Shown: positions 13,791 through 27,422 of the stretch, piece by piece | Layout: each line of letters begins with the position of its first letter | How positions within the stretch are numbered: position 1 is the first letter of the stretch | NCBI RefSeq assembly: GCF_036321535.1 | Contig: NC_087436.1 | Coordinates: 8,432,001 to 8,496,000 of the forward strand | Source: Camelus dromedarius | Lineage: Eukaryota | Reading direction: 5' to 3' | DNA length: 64,000 nt | Notes under the pieces: model-generated | What the model was told of the DNA's origin: nothing | The model's input: the letters and a program-made list of their open reading frames with translations, nothing else | Database searches by the model: none | Position numbers and translations under genes: made by a program

Positions 13791-14111
13791 TGCTAGAAGT
13801 CCCTACAGAATTCATTGAAGCCTATTCCCACAATGTGATAGTATTTGGAGGTGGGGTCTTTGAGGAATGATTATGTCATGAGGGTGGAGCACTCATGAAC
13901 AAGATTAGTGCCCTTATAAAAGAGGTCCCAGAGAGCCCCTTCATTTCTTACACACATGAGAAGATGGCTGTCCACCTATGAACCAGACAGAAAATCTGTC
14001 AGCACCTTGATCTTGGACTTACTAGCCTCCAGAAATGTGAGAAATAAATGTTTGTTGTTTAAGCCACAGAGTCTGTCATAAATTTGGTATAGTAGCCTAA
14101 ATAGACTGACA
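13791..14111 (+). mobile_element. MaLR solo LTR (MLT1A-like) nested in L1 ORF1
   Basis: Begins tgcta; contains aatgtgatagtatttggaggtgggg, gattagtgcccttataaaagag and agaaataaatgtttgttgtttaagcc; ends gactgaca; 5-bp TSD TACAT/TATAT with one mismatch; L1 resumes collinearly. Confidence 0.9.
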
Positions 14112-14838
14112 TATATTAACTGAAATTTAAAATAATCACAAGAAGAGTTCAAATCTCCAACACAAGAAGAGACTTGGGTTGGCTTAATAAAGAATAACCA
14201 TACTTGAAAATAGATCAGTAGATATTATCCAGTCTTAGGAGTAGAGAGAGAAAAAGAATGAAGAAACAATGGACAGAGGCTCAGATGTCTGGCGGACACC
14301 ACAACATGTACCAGTGTGCAGATAATGAGATTGACAGGCGAGCAGAGAGAAAGGCAGAAATTATAATTGACTAAACAGTAGTCAAAAACATTCCACGTTG
14401 AATAAAAAGCATGATCCATAAAAAAATAAAAGCATGTCCAAAGAATTCATAACTTCAAGTAGTATGAATCCAAAGATATTTACACATAAACATCTTAGAG
14501 TCAAGCTGTCAAGAGCAAAAAACAAAGAGAGACTTAAAAGCAGCGTGAGATAAGAGACTCACTTACAAAGGATCCCTAAAAAGCATAACAGTAGGCTTCT
14601 CACAAGAACCACCTAAGTCAGAGAGTAGTAAGGTGACATATTCAAAGTCCTGATAGAAAAAGATCATCAACAAATGATTCTATATTCAGCAAGCAAGCCT
14701 TCAAAAATGAAGATAAAACTAAGATAAATTTAAAAATTATGAAGAATTTATTGCCAAGGCACCTGCGCTATTAGAAATTCTGAAAGGAATCCTTTGGGTT
14801 GAAATAAAAGGGTACCTGAAAATAAGTTCAATTCATCC

Positions 14839-14900
14839 AAAAAATAAAAACAAAAATAAAAATAAAAACAAAAATAAAAATAAAAATAAATAAAAATAAA
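14839..14900. repeat. (AAAAAT/AAAAAC)n A-rich simple repeat
   Basis: Read directly from the sequence. Confidence 0.85.
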
Positions 14901-14920
14901 GAGATTGATAAAAATAACTA

Positions 14921-15450
14921 CAGCCATATATCAGATATGTTGTGGGTTTGTTCCAGACCATCTCAGTAAAGCAAATATCACAATAAAGCAAGTCACATGA
15001 ATTTTTTGCACATAAAAGTTATGTTTACACTTTAATATACTCTCTTATGTGTATGCAATAGCATATACAATAATGTATATATGTATTTATGTAATACAAC
15101 AGCATTATGTCTAAAAAAACAATGTACATATCTTAAGTAAAAAAGAATCTTATTGCTAAAAACTGCTAACCATCATCTTAGACTTCAGTGAGTCATAATT
15201 ATTTTGCAGTAGTAACATCAAAGATCACTAATTATAGATAACCATAACAAATATAATAAATAATGAAAAAGTTTGAAATATCCTGAGAGTTACTAAAATG
15301 TGATACAGAGGCATGAAGCGAGCAAATGCTGGAAGAAAAATGGCGCCAATAGACTTCTTCAATGCAGAGTTGCCAGAAACCTTCAATTTTTAAAAAATAC
15401 GATATCTGCAAAGTTCAGTAAAGTGCAGTACAATAAAACAACGTATGCTG
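14921..15450 (-). mobile_element. Internally deleted Tigger1 derivative (TcMar-Tigger, Tigger1a-like), 530 bp
   Basis: Both Tigger1 ends are present (cagccatatatcagatatgttgtgggtttgttccagacca... and ...caataaaacaacgtatgctg), flanked by a TA duplication at 14919-14920 and 15451-15452. Confidence 0.9.
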
Positions 15451-18400
15451 TACATGGTAAACAGAAAACACAATATACATGTGTTTTGATTTTAAACTTT
15501 TCTTCTACCTGTCTTAAAAGACAACTGCATAAAGCAATAACTATAAAGCTATGTAGATGATTTATAAGGTATAAAGATGTTACTTGTATGACAGAGGTAA
15601 CACAAAGAAGGGAGGTAGGGAATGAACCTATTTTGGGGGAAAAATTGCATATTATTGGAATTAAGTTGGTATTAGTCTGAACTATATAAGTTTATGTAAA
15701 GATGTAATTATAATCCCAAGCAACCACTAAGAATATATCTCTAAATATACACTAAAAGAAAAAACAAAAGAATTAAAATGGAGGACTAAAAATATTTATT
15801 TCACATACAATAAGGCTGCAATGTAGGAATAGAGTAGTACATGAAATCTAAGACATATATAGAATAGCACAGTATCATATAGTCTTTATCAGTAATTTCA
15901 TCAACCTTAAACTGATTAAACATTCCAGTTTAAAGTCACATACTGACAGAGAAAAAAAAAGTTATCCAACTATAAATTATGCAGGAACACACATTAGATT
16001 GAAAGCTACAATAGAGTGAAATTTAAAGGGTAAGAAAAGATAGACCTTGCAAACAATAACCAAAGGAGAGCAGGAGTAGATCTATTAATATGAGGCAAAA
16101 TAAAATTTAAGAAAAAAATGTTATGAGAATCAACGAAGAACATTTTAAATGATAAAAGGATCAAACATCAGGAAGATATAGCAAGAATAAACAGGCATGT
16201 GCTTAATAACAAAGTTCTAAAATGCATAAGGCAAAAACACAGAATTGAAGGAAAAGATAGAAAATTTAACAATATTGCTGGAGATTTAAATACCCTACTT
16301 TTAACAAAGGGTAGAACAAATAGAAGAGTAAAAAGAAAATAAAAGTCTTGACAAAACTATAAACCGAACATACCTGAGACATCTACAGAGCATTTCACCT
16401 AACAATGGCAGAACATATTCTTCTCAAGTTCACATGGAACATTCTCCAGGATACACAATCTGTTAAACCATAAAACAAGCCTCAATAAATTTAAAAGGAT
16501 TGACATTATGTACAGCATGTGTCCCAATCACAATAGAATTAGATTAGAAATCAACAGCAAAAGGAAATTTGGGAAATCCATGAAAATACAGAAAATTTAA
16601 AAATTGAATAATTAACGAGTCAGTGAAAAAATCATAGGAAAATGCAGACATTTTTACAAGAAAGAAAGTGAAAACACACAGACCAAAATTGTGGAATGAG
16701 CCAGTGTCCCTTAAAGTGAAATTTGTAGCTTTTAACACATATCACAAAGAAATAAAGATAAAAAAAAAATCCTCCAGCTTTCACCTAAACAAAATATAAA
16801 ATAGAGAGTAAACTAAATTGAAAGCTAGATGTAAAGTTGATTAAAGCAGAAATAAATGAAATGGGAAATAGAAAAACAATAGTGAACATCAATAAAACCA
16901 AAAGTTAGATCTTTGAAAAGATTAACAAAATTAACAAATTTTTAGTTTGACTGACCAAGGAAAAAGAAAGATTTATAACACTGGGAATTAAAGAAGGTTT
17001 ACCTCTACTGACTTTACAAAAATGAATATATATATAATAAGGAAATATGATAAACAGTTGTCAAATATGTATATATATATATGTGTATATATCTAATCAA
17101 CATGAAATGTAAAAATTCCTGTAAAGACACAAAGTACATAACTAAACCAAGAAGAAACAGAAAATCTGAATAGACCTACAAAATGTGAAGAGATTGAATC
17201 AATAATTTTGAAAATTTCCACATAAAAATCCAAGCCTGACAGCTTCAATGCTAATCTCTACCAAATAGTCAAAGAATATTTAATACAAATGCTTTATATA
17301 GTCCTCCAAGAATATAAAATCAACAATTTTTCCCACTAATTTCATGAGTTACATGGTAACACTAATTTCAGTGATATTTTGATACCAAATAAGACAAAAC
17401 TATCAAATGAAAAGGCAACTACAGAACAATGTTTTCTAAGAATATAGACAGACAATCCTTAACCAAATACTAGCAACTAAAGCCAGCAACATATCCAAAG
17501 GATTATACATCTTGATCAAATGGGACTTATAAAAATGAAATGCTGATTTATCCCCAAATGGAGCATTTTATTATAAAGGACAAAATCCTCATGATTATCT
17601 CAAAAGATGCAGAAAATAAAAAACCTGACAAAATACCCTCTTTACTGATACAGATTCAAGAAATTAGGAATAGAAAGGAACTTCCTTTACCTAATAAAGA
17701 TCATCTATAGATAACCCATAGGACATCATATTTAATGGATAGACTGAATATTTTTTCTGCAAATAGAGATCAGGACAAATATCTATACTTTCACCTCTTC
17801 CATTTAACATTGTATTGGAAATTTTATACAGGAAAATAAGGCAGGAAAATGTTTGAAAAGACATCAGATTAGGAAAGAAGAAAAACTATGTCTCTTTATC
17901 TATTGTGTGATGCATATGATCTTGCATATAGAAAATTCTCAGAAACCACAAAAACACTATTAAGACTAATAAGTCAATAAATTTGCAGAACATAAGTTTG
18001 ATATAGAAAAATAATTTGTATTTATATATAGTAGCAATGAAAAGTCCAAAAGAAAACTTCCATTTACAAGCACATCAAAATTAATATAATACTTGGGAAT
18101 AAGTTTAGCAAAAAAAAAGTGAAAATCTTGTGTATCAAAAACTACCAAATATGCTTGATTGAAATTTTTAAGATTCTAATTTAAAAAAATTTAAATATCA
18201 AAGTAATGAAAAACTATGACATGTTTATGAATCAGAAGACTAGATACTGTTATCATGGGGAAATTTTCTGAATTGATCTACAAATTCAGTGCAATCCTTA
18301 TTAAATAATAATTGTTAACAGTTCAGAGGAAATCATCTTCTAGAAGACTCTGGCACCTGTTCCTTACCTTGTTTATTAGTGAATTTCAGGATCTCCTATT

Positions 18401-20566
18401 TGTCAATTTCAATACATTACCATATCTTTATAGATGATCTTGTACCAGCATTTCAGTACTCAAATCTGGACTCTAAGAACAGAACAAAAATTTAATTTCC
18501 TATTTTCTCACACTGATTTTACTAGTGTAGCCTTCATTCTACAGCAAAGAAGGTTAAGCTATTCAGAATCATCATAAAACCATTCATCTCCACGCAGTGA
18601 ATTTTGTTTGCCTCTGTGATGAAAACAATTTAAAATCACTACTTGAAAAGTCCTTTTATTTATCTGTTTTAAAATGTCACTCAGAATGTAATGAACCATG
18701 ATAAAACAACATATCCTTTAAAATCAGTAGATGCTAAAGACAGATTTTCATAGCTTTGATAAATTTATAAACCACATTTATCATTTTTAACATCTTAGCA
18801 GAAAAGAAATCAAGATGATAGGGTGTCTCAATTCTCTCTAACAAGGAGGTTCATGTAATATTCTTCCAATTGGTAAAATTTAGTCGTGAATAGATCATAT
18901 ACTGAAATCTATAGACATTGTTTATGAGACTAATTTTTCCTCTTTTTCATTCGGTAGGAAGAAGATTAAGTGTAATAACACCTGGAGCACAACTGATCGG
19001 TTTGAAAGGAAAATTAAGTCTGTTGTGTTTTTTTTTTTTAATTAGCCCTAATAGGTTCTAATGGAGGTAAGTTGTGTAAACAGAGACCCTGGGAGGAGAG
19101 CCTGAAAGCAATTTACATCAGTGTCAAACACCAAGGACGACGCCTAGATGCCTAAAAGCTTCGGTTTCTAACAGCCCCACTAAGTCAGGGAGAGAGAGTA
19201 AATGTGAACCTGTACATAAAACCAGAGTCAGATTAAAAGAGAACAAAAACAATGACAGCAACACTGTTTAACGTCAAAGAACAGGTAAGTCCCACACCGG
19301 AGAGCGGTTGCTTTCAACAATACATTTGAGTAAATTTTATTTTAATAATTATAGTATTAAATACTTCATTTCATTAATAAATAAAAGAGAATAAGCACAT
19401 TACATGCAGCAGAGTACGTATCGGATGATCGATGCAGGAACATGAAATTCAGCTGATGCAGACGCGGCGGTTTGTTCTCGACCCTTTGATGTTCTTTGGT
19501 TACGGACTCCTCACAGGCTGCCCTGGCGGCTTCACCTGAGGGTTGTAGCTTCTCGTCGCCTGCTTGTCTGCTTGCCAAACGTTTAGTTTCACTGTGGACG
19601 TACTGACATCAGCATTTTTTCTCCATAATGACGTTTTTAATATTTGCTCTCTCCTATCTGCTCAGTTACCATGACTTCTTTCTTCTCAGATGTCTGATAG
19701 TCTCTCCGTTTCCCGTTAGCTCGGGAATGCAATAAAAAGTATGTTTTTTTAGCAGGATGTATTCCTTCGCAGTGCAAATAACCACTGAGCGCATCTATTT
19801 TAAAACACTATTTTGTCACTGCTTCTAAGCATATTATAAACATCCTGTACTGATTTTAAATGAATGGGGAACTGAAAAAAACAGCAAATGGAAAATGCTT
19901 TTCTGTCTATTAACACAGGATACAAGTGAAGTGGGATGTTGAATGCTCTAAAATGAGTCATGTTATCACTTCCTCGCTTACTAACTCTGTAAAATTAACT
20001 AGTTGGCTTTTTCCTCTAAGCTTTGGTTTCAGGATTGTGAAATGGGGAAAGTAATAATACACAATTAGGATTTTACCACCTATGTTCTCAGTTGTTCGAT
20101 ACATGGCAGATGGTATTTATCTCTGTTATTATTGCTTGTTACCTAACTCAGAGACAGGAGGTGGGAGACGACAGAGAAATACAAGAATAGTAATAAAGGC
20201 AACTAGAGACCAAAAAATGCAGTTGTAGCATGAGTAAGATACAAAGACAACAGGAAACAGACAAATATATAAAAAGAACAGTAAATAGGCATAGACGTTC
20301 TTGGAATAAGATAAAGAGAGATTTAGGTTTCCATATATTAGAGCAGATAAAAACAAGGAAGACAGAATTCTGGAAAAATAAATCCAGAGAAAAATAAGAA
20401 GCCAGTGAGAGACTCTGTAGATACTGAATGGAATTCATTCATAAAGATTAATATTTAAGTCATTGAGTTCTAAAAAATTCAAATATCACTGATTTTAAAA
20501 TTTCTTTAATGCAGATTACTTCCAAAATATTTCCAAATATTGTGAATGTCATTACAGCTTTCCTTC

Positions 20567-23500
20567 TTTTTTTAAAATAGAAATATAGTTGACTTACAAT
20601 ATTATGTTAGTTTCAGGTATATTACATCATGATTTGCATTTTCATACATTGTGAAGTCTAGTAACCAACCGCTCTCATACAAAGTTGTTAAATTATTATT
20701 GGCAATATTCCTTATGCTGTATATTATATATCTCTGTGGCTTATTTATTTTATAACTAGAATTTTGTACCTCTTAATTCCCTTTACCTATTCTGCCCCCA
20801 TCCCAATTTCCCCCGCCTCTGGAAACCACACTTTTGTTCTCTATGAGTCTGTTTTCATTTTGTTTTGTTTGTCTTGTTTTTTAGATTCCAAATATAAGTG
20901 AGCTCATACAGTATTTGGCTTTCTCTGATTTATTTTACTTAGTATAATACCCTCTAGATTTATTAAGATTGTCCCAAGTGGCAAGACTTCACTTATTCTG
21001 GCTGAGTAATATTTCTTTGTGTATAGATATAGATATAAATCATATCTTCTCTATCCATTCATCCATGGATGGACAGTTAGCTTGTTTCCATATCTTGGCT
21101 ACTGTAAATAGTGCTGCTATGAACATTGGGGTGCATGTATCTTTTCAAATTAGTGTTTTTGTTTTCTTTGGAAAAATACCCAGAAATGGAATTACTGGAT
21201 TGTATGGTAGCTCTATTTTCAATTTTTTGAGGAGTCTTCACACTTTTCCACAGTGGCTGTACCAATTTACAGTTCCCACCAAAAGTACATGAGGGTTCCC
21301 TTTTCTACGTATCCTCGCCATCACTTGTTATTTGTTGTCATTTTGATAATAGTCGTTCCGATTGACATAAGGTGGTATCTCACTGTGGTTTTGATTTGCC
21401 TTTCTGCAGTGATTAGTGATGTTGAGCATCTTTTCATGTGCCTGTTGACCATCTACCTGTCTTCCTTAGGAAACTGCCTATTCAAACCCTCTGCCCATTT
21501 TTGAATAGGGTTGTTTGTTTTTTGTTGTTGAGTTGTATGAGCTCTTTGTATATTTTAGATATTAACTCCTTATTCAAGATCTTATTTGCAAATATCTTCT
21601 CCCATTTGGTAGGTTGACTTTATTTTATTGATGACTTCCTTTCTGTCCAAAAGCTTTTGTCTCATTTGTTTATTTTTACTTTTGTTTCCCTTGCCTGAGG
21701 AGATGGATCCAAAAAATAAAAAATATTGCTAAGACTGATGTCAAACGGATCACTGCATATGTTTTTTTTTTCTAGGAATTTTATGGCTTCAAGCCATATA
21801 TTTACATCTTTAATTCATTCTAGTTTATTTTTGCAAGTGGTGTGAGAAAATCAAGTTTGATTTTTATGCATGCAGCTGTGCAGGTTTCCCAACACCATTT
21901 ACTGAAGAGGCTGTCATTCCCCATTGTATATTTTTGCCTCTTTTGTCATAGGTTAATTGACTATAAATACTTAGGTTTATTTCTCAACTCTGTTATCTAC
22001 GCACATGTTTTTGTACCACTATCATATTGTTTTGATTACTTTAGCTTTGTAGTATGGCCTGAAGTCAGGGAGCCTGGTACTTCCAACTTTGTTCTTATTT
22101 CTTAAGATTATTTTAGCTATTCCAGGCCTTTTGGTTCCATACAAATTTTAGAATGATTTATCCTAGTTCTGTGAGAAATGCCATGGGTATTTTGATAAGG
22201 ATTGCATTAAATCTATAAATTGCTTTAGGTAGTACGGACATTTTAACAATATTTTTTCCAATCCATGAGAACTGTATATCTTTCTATTTATTTCTGTCAT
22301 GTTCAATTTTTTCATCAATGTCTTATATTTATTAGTGTATAGTGTTTCACCTTCTTAGTTAGATTTATTCTTAGGTAATTTTTTTTGGATGAAACTGTAA
22401 ACTGAATTGTTTTCTTACTTTCTCTTCCTGATATTTTGTTGTTAATGCATAGCAAGGCAACCGATTTCTGTATATTAATTTTGTATCCTGCAACTTTATT
22501 AAATTCATTTATTAGATCTAACAGGTTTTTTTTTTTTTTTTTTGGTGTTGTCTTTAGGATTTTCTCTGAATAGTATCATGTTAACTGCAAACAGTGAGTT
22601 TTATTTTTTCCTTTTCAGTTTGAACTTTTTTTTATTTCTTTTTCTTGTCTGGTTGCTGTGTGTAGGACTTCCAAAACCATATTGAACAAAAGTGGTGAAA
22701 GCAGGCATCCTTATCTTGTTCTTGATCTTAGAGGAAAAGATTTCAGCTTTTCACCATTAAGTATAATGTTATCTTTATAATGTTTGTTACACTCACACTC
22801 ACAGAAATGGCCTTTATTATTTTGAGGTATATTTCCTCCATGCCCACTTTGCTGAGAGTTTGTTTCATAAATGGATGTTGAATTTTGTCATAAGCTTTTT
22901 CTGTGTGTATTGAGATGATCATATTCTTCAATTTGTTAATGTGGTGTATCATATCATATTGACTGAATTTTGGATATTGAATCTTCTGGGGATCCCTGGG
23001 ATAAATCCCACTTGATCATGGTATGTGATCCTTTTAATGTATTGATTATTGAATTCAAATTGCTAATATGTTGCTGAAGATTTTTGCATCTAAGTTTTGC
23101 ATCAGTATCATCAGTGATATCACCTGTAACTTTTTTTTTGGTGATATCTTTGTCTGATTTTGATACCAGGATGATACTGGCCTTGTAGAATGAGTTTGGA
23201 AGTGTTTCTTCATCTTCACATTTTTGGGGTAGTTTAAGAAGACTAGATGTGAATTCTTTTCTAAATGGTTTGTAGAATTCACCTGTGAAGGTTTGTGTTC
23301 CTTGACGTTTTTCGGGGGGAGAGTTTTGATTACTGATTCAATTTCACTACTAGTGATCATTCTGTTCAGATTTTCTATTTTTTTTTTTTTTTGGTTGACT
23401 CTTGGGAGATGGCACATTTCTAGGATGTCAATTTATTGGGTTATATATAATTTCCATAGTAATCTCTTCTATTTTTGTATTTCTATTGTGTTGATTATAA

Positions 23501-23720
23501 GTTCTCCCTTTTCATTTCTGATATTATTTATTTGGCTTCTCTCTTTTTTCATGATAAGTCTGGCTAAAGTTTTATCAACTTGGTTTATCTTTTCAAAGAA
23601 CCAGATCTTGGTTTAATTTATCACTTCTATATTTTTTAAGTCTTTATTTCATTAAGTCCCATTCTGTTCTTTATTATTTCCTTTCTTCTACTAACTTTGG
23701 GTTTTGTTTGTTCTTCTTTA
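20567..23720 (-). mobile_element. 5'-truncated LINE-1 (L1MA9-like 3' UTR plus 3' part of ORF2)
   Basis: T-rich tail followed by the antisense 3' UTR (tatagttgacttacaatatt); minus-strand ORF fragments resemble ORF2 ([55 protein letters not shown]). Confidence 0.93.
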
Positions 23721-25149
23721 AAATAAATAATTTAAGGCAAATAAATAATTTAAGGCAAAACATTATTTATCAGTATATTTAAAGATGATATTTTTTAAAG
23801 ATTGTATGTTTCTACTTAGCTAATTCAAAGACAACATGAATATTTTGATAAATAGCACATTATAATTTCATTTTTCAGTTTATGTATCTTTTCAATTAAA
23901 AATTAAACCACTTTGGTTTGTAGTATCTAACAGGAGTAATTATGACCTCCCACAAAATACTTCTTGTAGCTTGTGAAAAACAGCTTCCTCAACAACATCC
24001 TTTTAGTATCATGCATCTGTGATAAATCTGTTCTTTTCTTGTTTCAGAAGGAAAGGCATATACTGCAGTGACCTCAGAGGGAGATAAGCACCACTGCAGT
24101 TCATATACCTGACTCCTCTCTGTGCCACCAGATAAATCTCTGCCAAGGTGAAGTAGGAAGGAAATAGAAAAGGAAGGAAAAGCCAGGAGAGACCCATTTT
24201 TCTTATCAATTCCATTAACAAAATACAAAGATTCAGAATCTGAAGTCAGTAGATGGTAAATCACTTCCTAGCTGACTTCACACTCACAGAAGCCCTCTGA
24301 AAGACTAACATACAAGAACTCCTTCTACTGATCATACACAGGCTAGAGATGAGGGCAAGATTTCTTCCAATCCCTTGCTGAAAAATTAATGAGCATCCAG
24401 ATAAGAAGTCCATTTTTCCCCCCAAAACCAAGTCAAGAAGTTATTTTCTCACACTAAGAATGCAAACTCAAAGTGGAACCGAATATTTAAACTACAGCAA
24501 GATGATTTCAATTCTGTAAGTGTTCTAATAAATAGTTGATTTTTTTTTTAATTCTAAGAAAAAAAAAAACTCCAAAGCTAGGAAAATCTCATTCATATGA
24601 AAGAGAAAGAATTGCTGAGTAATAGACTTCAATGCTAACTAAGTGTTAATATTTTTGGTCTTTATACTGAAATATAATCATTGTTATAGATAAGTAACAC
24701 AGCAATGGAGAATTAAGAGACCTAGATTTCTTAGGAAATTTTTAAAAATATATAAATGAGGTCAAGTGGCACTTAAATAATTTTGAGGAAATTTGAAAAT
24801 AATTTTGTAAGATTGTCTCTGTAGCAGTGTTTAAGGAAATAAAGAAATTCATTGTTTTAAAAAGGTTCAGAGGTAAAAAATATAATAGATATTTCCTAAT
24901 CTAAAATTTGATCTCTGTATTTCTCAGAAACAATGTAATATCATATATTAACTTTTTATTACATTATAATCTTTTTACTGTTTTTGTAATACACATTCCT
25001 TATTTCTATCTCCTCATTGGAACATGTGTACTTTATGTATTGAAAATACTGCATTGCTCATGATAATAGAAAAACGTTTTAAAAGAAATGATGTTCTAAT
25101 TTGTCCAATAATGTGAAGTCTAAGTCTAGATTCTTTATGAGAAATGTTA

Positions 25150-25470
25150 ATCAGGTGACCTGATTGTTTCCCTTGCACCAGAGGTGGGCACATGATCCAG
25201 GATGGGCCTTTTATACCCTTGGTCACAGTGACTTTTTAGGTAATGAAGTGAGATTGAGTCAAGGCACAAAATGAACCTTTGTTCTTTGACTACTTTTGGA
25301 AAGAGGGTCTCTCTTTTTGATCAAAGACATAAACAGAAAGAGAAACCTAGATTGATGCCAATATTTTGACAAAATTCAGCTATCCTTGAAACCAGAAAAA
25401 TGGATTTTCAGTTTACCTAAGTCAACATGTATGTAAGTCTCTGTGTAAGCAAGTTTGATTTTTCTCTTAT
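25150..25470 (+). mobile_element. Degenerate MaLR LTR fragment (MLT1J/K-like)
   Basis: Motifs agaggtgggcacatgatccagg and tggattttcagtt. Confidence 0.45.
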
Positions 25471-26701
25471 AAGTGAAAATTATTATCGAATATAAGAGGA
25501 ATTAAACGTAAACATGGAATTCCAGAAACATGAGCTGAGAAGTAAGGAAGGTAAATTTCTTGGTTTATTTTGATTTAAAAAATAGATGCCCCTCCACCCT
25601 AAGCCCTCTTAGTGAAGTCATCTCTATGTTGGTTAAAAATAAAGTTAAACCTTTGATTATTTTATCAAAAAAAAAAAAAAACAAAAAAACAAAAAACGAG
25701 TTGCCAAATTATCACTCCTGTTAGGCATTGCCTACATTTTCAAATGAAGAATGTCACTGTACCTTATACATTTTGGTAAGAACATCTTCCTTCTTAGGGA
25801 GAAAAGCAAGAAATTGGGCTCAAAAGAGATCATCACTGGCCTTGCACATCTTGGCTTTTGTGCAAATGCACTCTTTTTAAAAGTAGCATACAAGTGATTA
25901 GTTGTATATGTATCTGAGTCCTCTGATCAAGAGGGAAGACAACCAAACAACCTCTCTCAGATGGTGTTAAAGATAGATGGTGAATACATTATCTTCTTTA
26001 ACCTCCTGTCAGTGGCTTTGCCAAAGCAAATGAAATATGGCAGATTTACAGTGTATCAGTAAATGAGTGTAAATGACCACCTACATTTCATCTTTATGGG
26101 AGTGGAGTAGCTTGTTATAAAAATATAACACAGGTCCTTGACTGATTGCTTAATATTCACTTAGTACCAGTATGAGCTTGGCTGTATGCTTTATTACTAA
26201 ACTTAGAGAGTGCTATGTTACACTTGAGCAGAACATATCCTATTTACCCTGCCTCTACTCTCTCGGAAAAAGAGCATAATATCTGGAACAAATGTATTCT
26301 TAGAATATTTGTTGTTAATTTCAGCTGGCAAATGCAAATGCCATGCTATCGTTAGAAACAAAATTAAAATAAGCATATGTGTAGTAATCTCTTGTTGTAC
26401 CTTTAAGCAAATCTGTGTGGAAAAATTGTAGGTAGTAAAGCCAGAAATTGTGCTTTTTTTTTTTTTTAACTAAAAATATTAGACTGTATCAACAGCATTG
26501 GGAAACCAAGCTATGTATTTTAGAATTTTAAAAAATGATACATTAATGTGTACCACTTTGTGTTCTTAGTGCTTTTGTATATAATGACTATTTCTAATTC
26601 TGAAATTCTTAGAAAGGTGAATGGATTAAAAAGAGAGATTAGAAAAAATATAAAAAAGGAAATAGGGAAAAGAAACGATTGAGAAAGTGATCTGACGTTT
26701 C

Positions 26702-27156
26702 TTTTTTTAATTAAAACTTTTTTTTTATTGAAGTATAGTCAGTTACAATGTGTCAATTTCTGGTGTACAGGATAATGTCCCAGTCATGCATATATGTGTA
26801 TTATACACACACGCATATATTCATTTTTATATCCTTTCTCATTAAAGGCTATTACAAGATATTGAATATAGTTCCCTGTGCTATAGGAAGAAATTTGTTT
26901 TTTAATCTATTTTTATATATAGTGGCTAACATTTGCAAATCTCAAACTCATAATTGTATCCCTCCCCACACCCTTTCCCCTGGTAATAACCATAAGATTG
27001 TTTACTATGTCTGCAAGTCTGTTTCTGTTTTGCCGAAGAGTTCATTAGTGTCCTCTCTTTTTCTTTTCTTAGATTCCACATATAAGTGATATCATATGGT
27101 ATTTTTCTTTCTCTTTCTGTCTTACTTCACCTAGAATGCCAATCTCCAGATCCATC
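26702..27156 (-). mobile_element. Short, relatively young lineage-specific L1 3' end
   Basis: Poly(T) followed by attgaagtatagtcagttacaatgtgtcaatttctggtgtacag...agattccacatataagtgatatcatatggtattt, a cetartiodactyl/camelid-type L1 3' UTR. Confidence 0.88.
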
Positions 27157-27422
27157 TAGAGTGACTGGTCTTACTGAAAGTTTCCTTACCACGCTAGGCT
27201 ATGGAATAAAAGGCTTTCTAACAATGTTGAGAGTAAAGATGAAATAAGTCACTGGGACTTAAGCATCTGGGTATAAAATAAAGCTTATATCAACAAACAT
27301 GCAAAGTCATTAAAATGAGTCTTACAATAGTCATAAATATAAGTGGGTAAGAAAAGTTTATGTAAATGGTTTGAGGAGAAAATAAGATATATTATAACAT
27401 TGATATTAGGTTATCACAGCCC

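Larger units (their letters stand above)
12457..18310 (+). mobile_element. Large old LINE-1 (L1MB/L1M4-era) with 5' UTR, decayed ORF1, inter-ORF region and ORF2 EN/RT regions; 3' end missing; interrupted by MLT1A and Tigger1
   Basis: ORF1-like (aaagaaattctggagctg, gtgacatattcaaagt) and ORF2-like (cacatggaacattctccaggata, gaaaatctgaatagacct, gattatctcaaaagatgcagaaaa) motifs occur in the correct order with A-rich sense bias and are heavily disabled. Confidence 0.88.
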
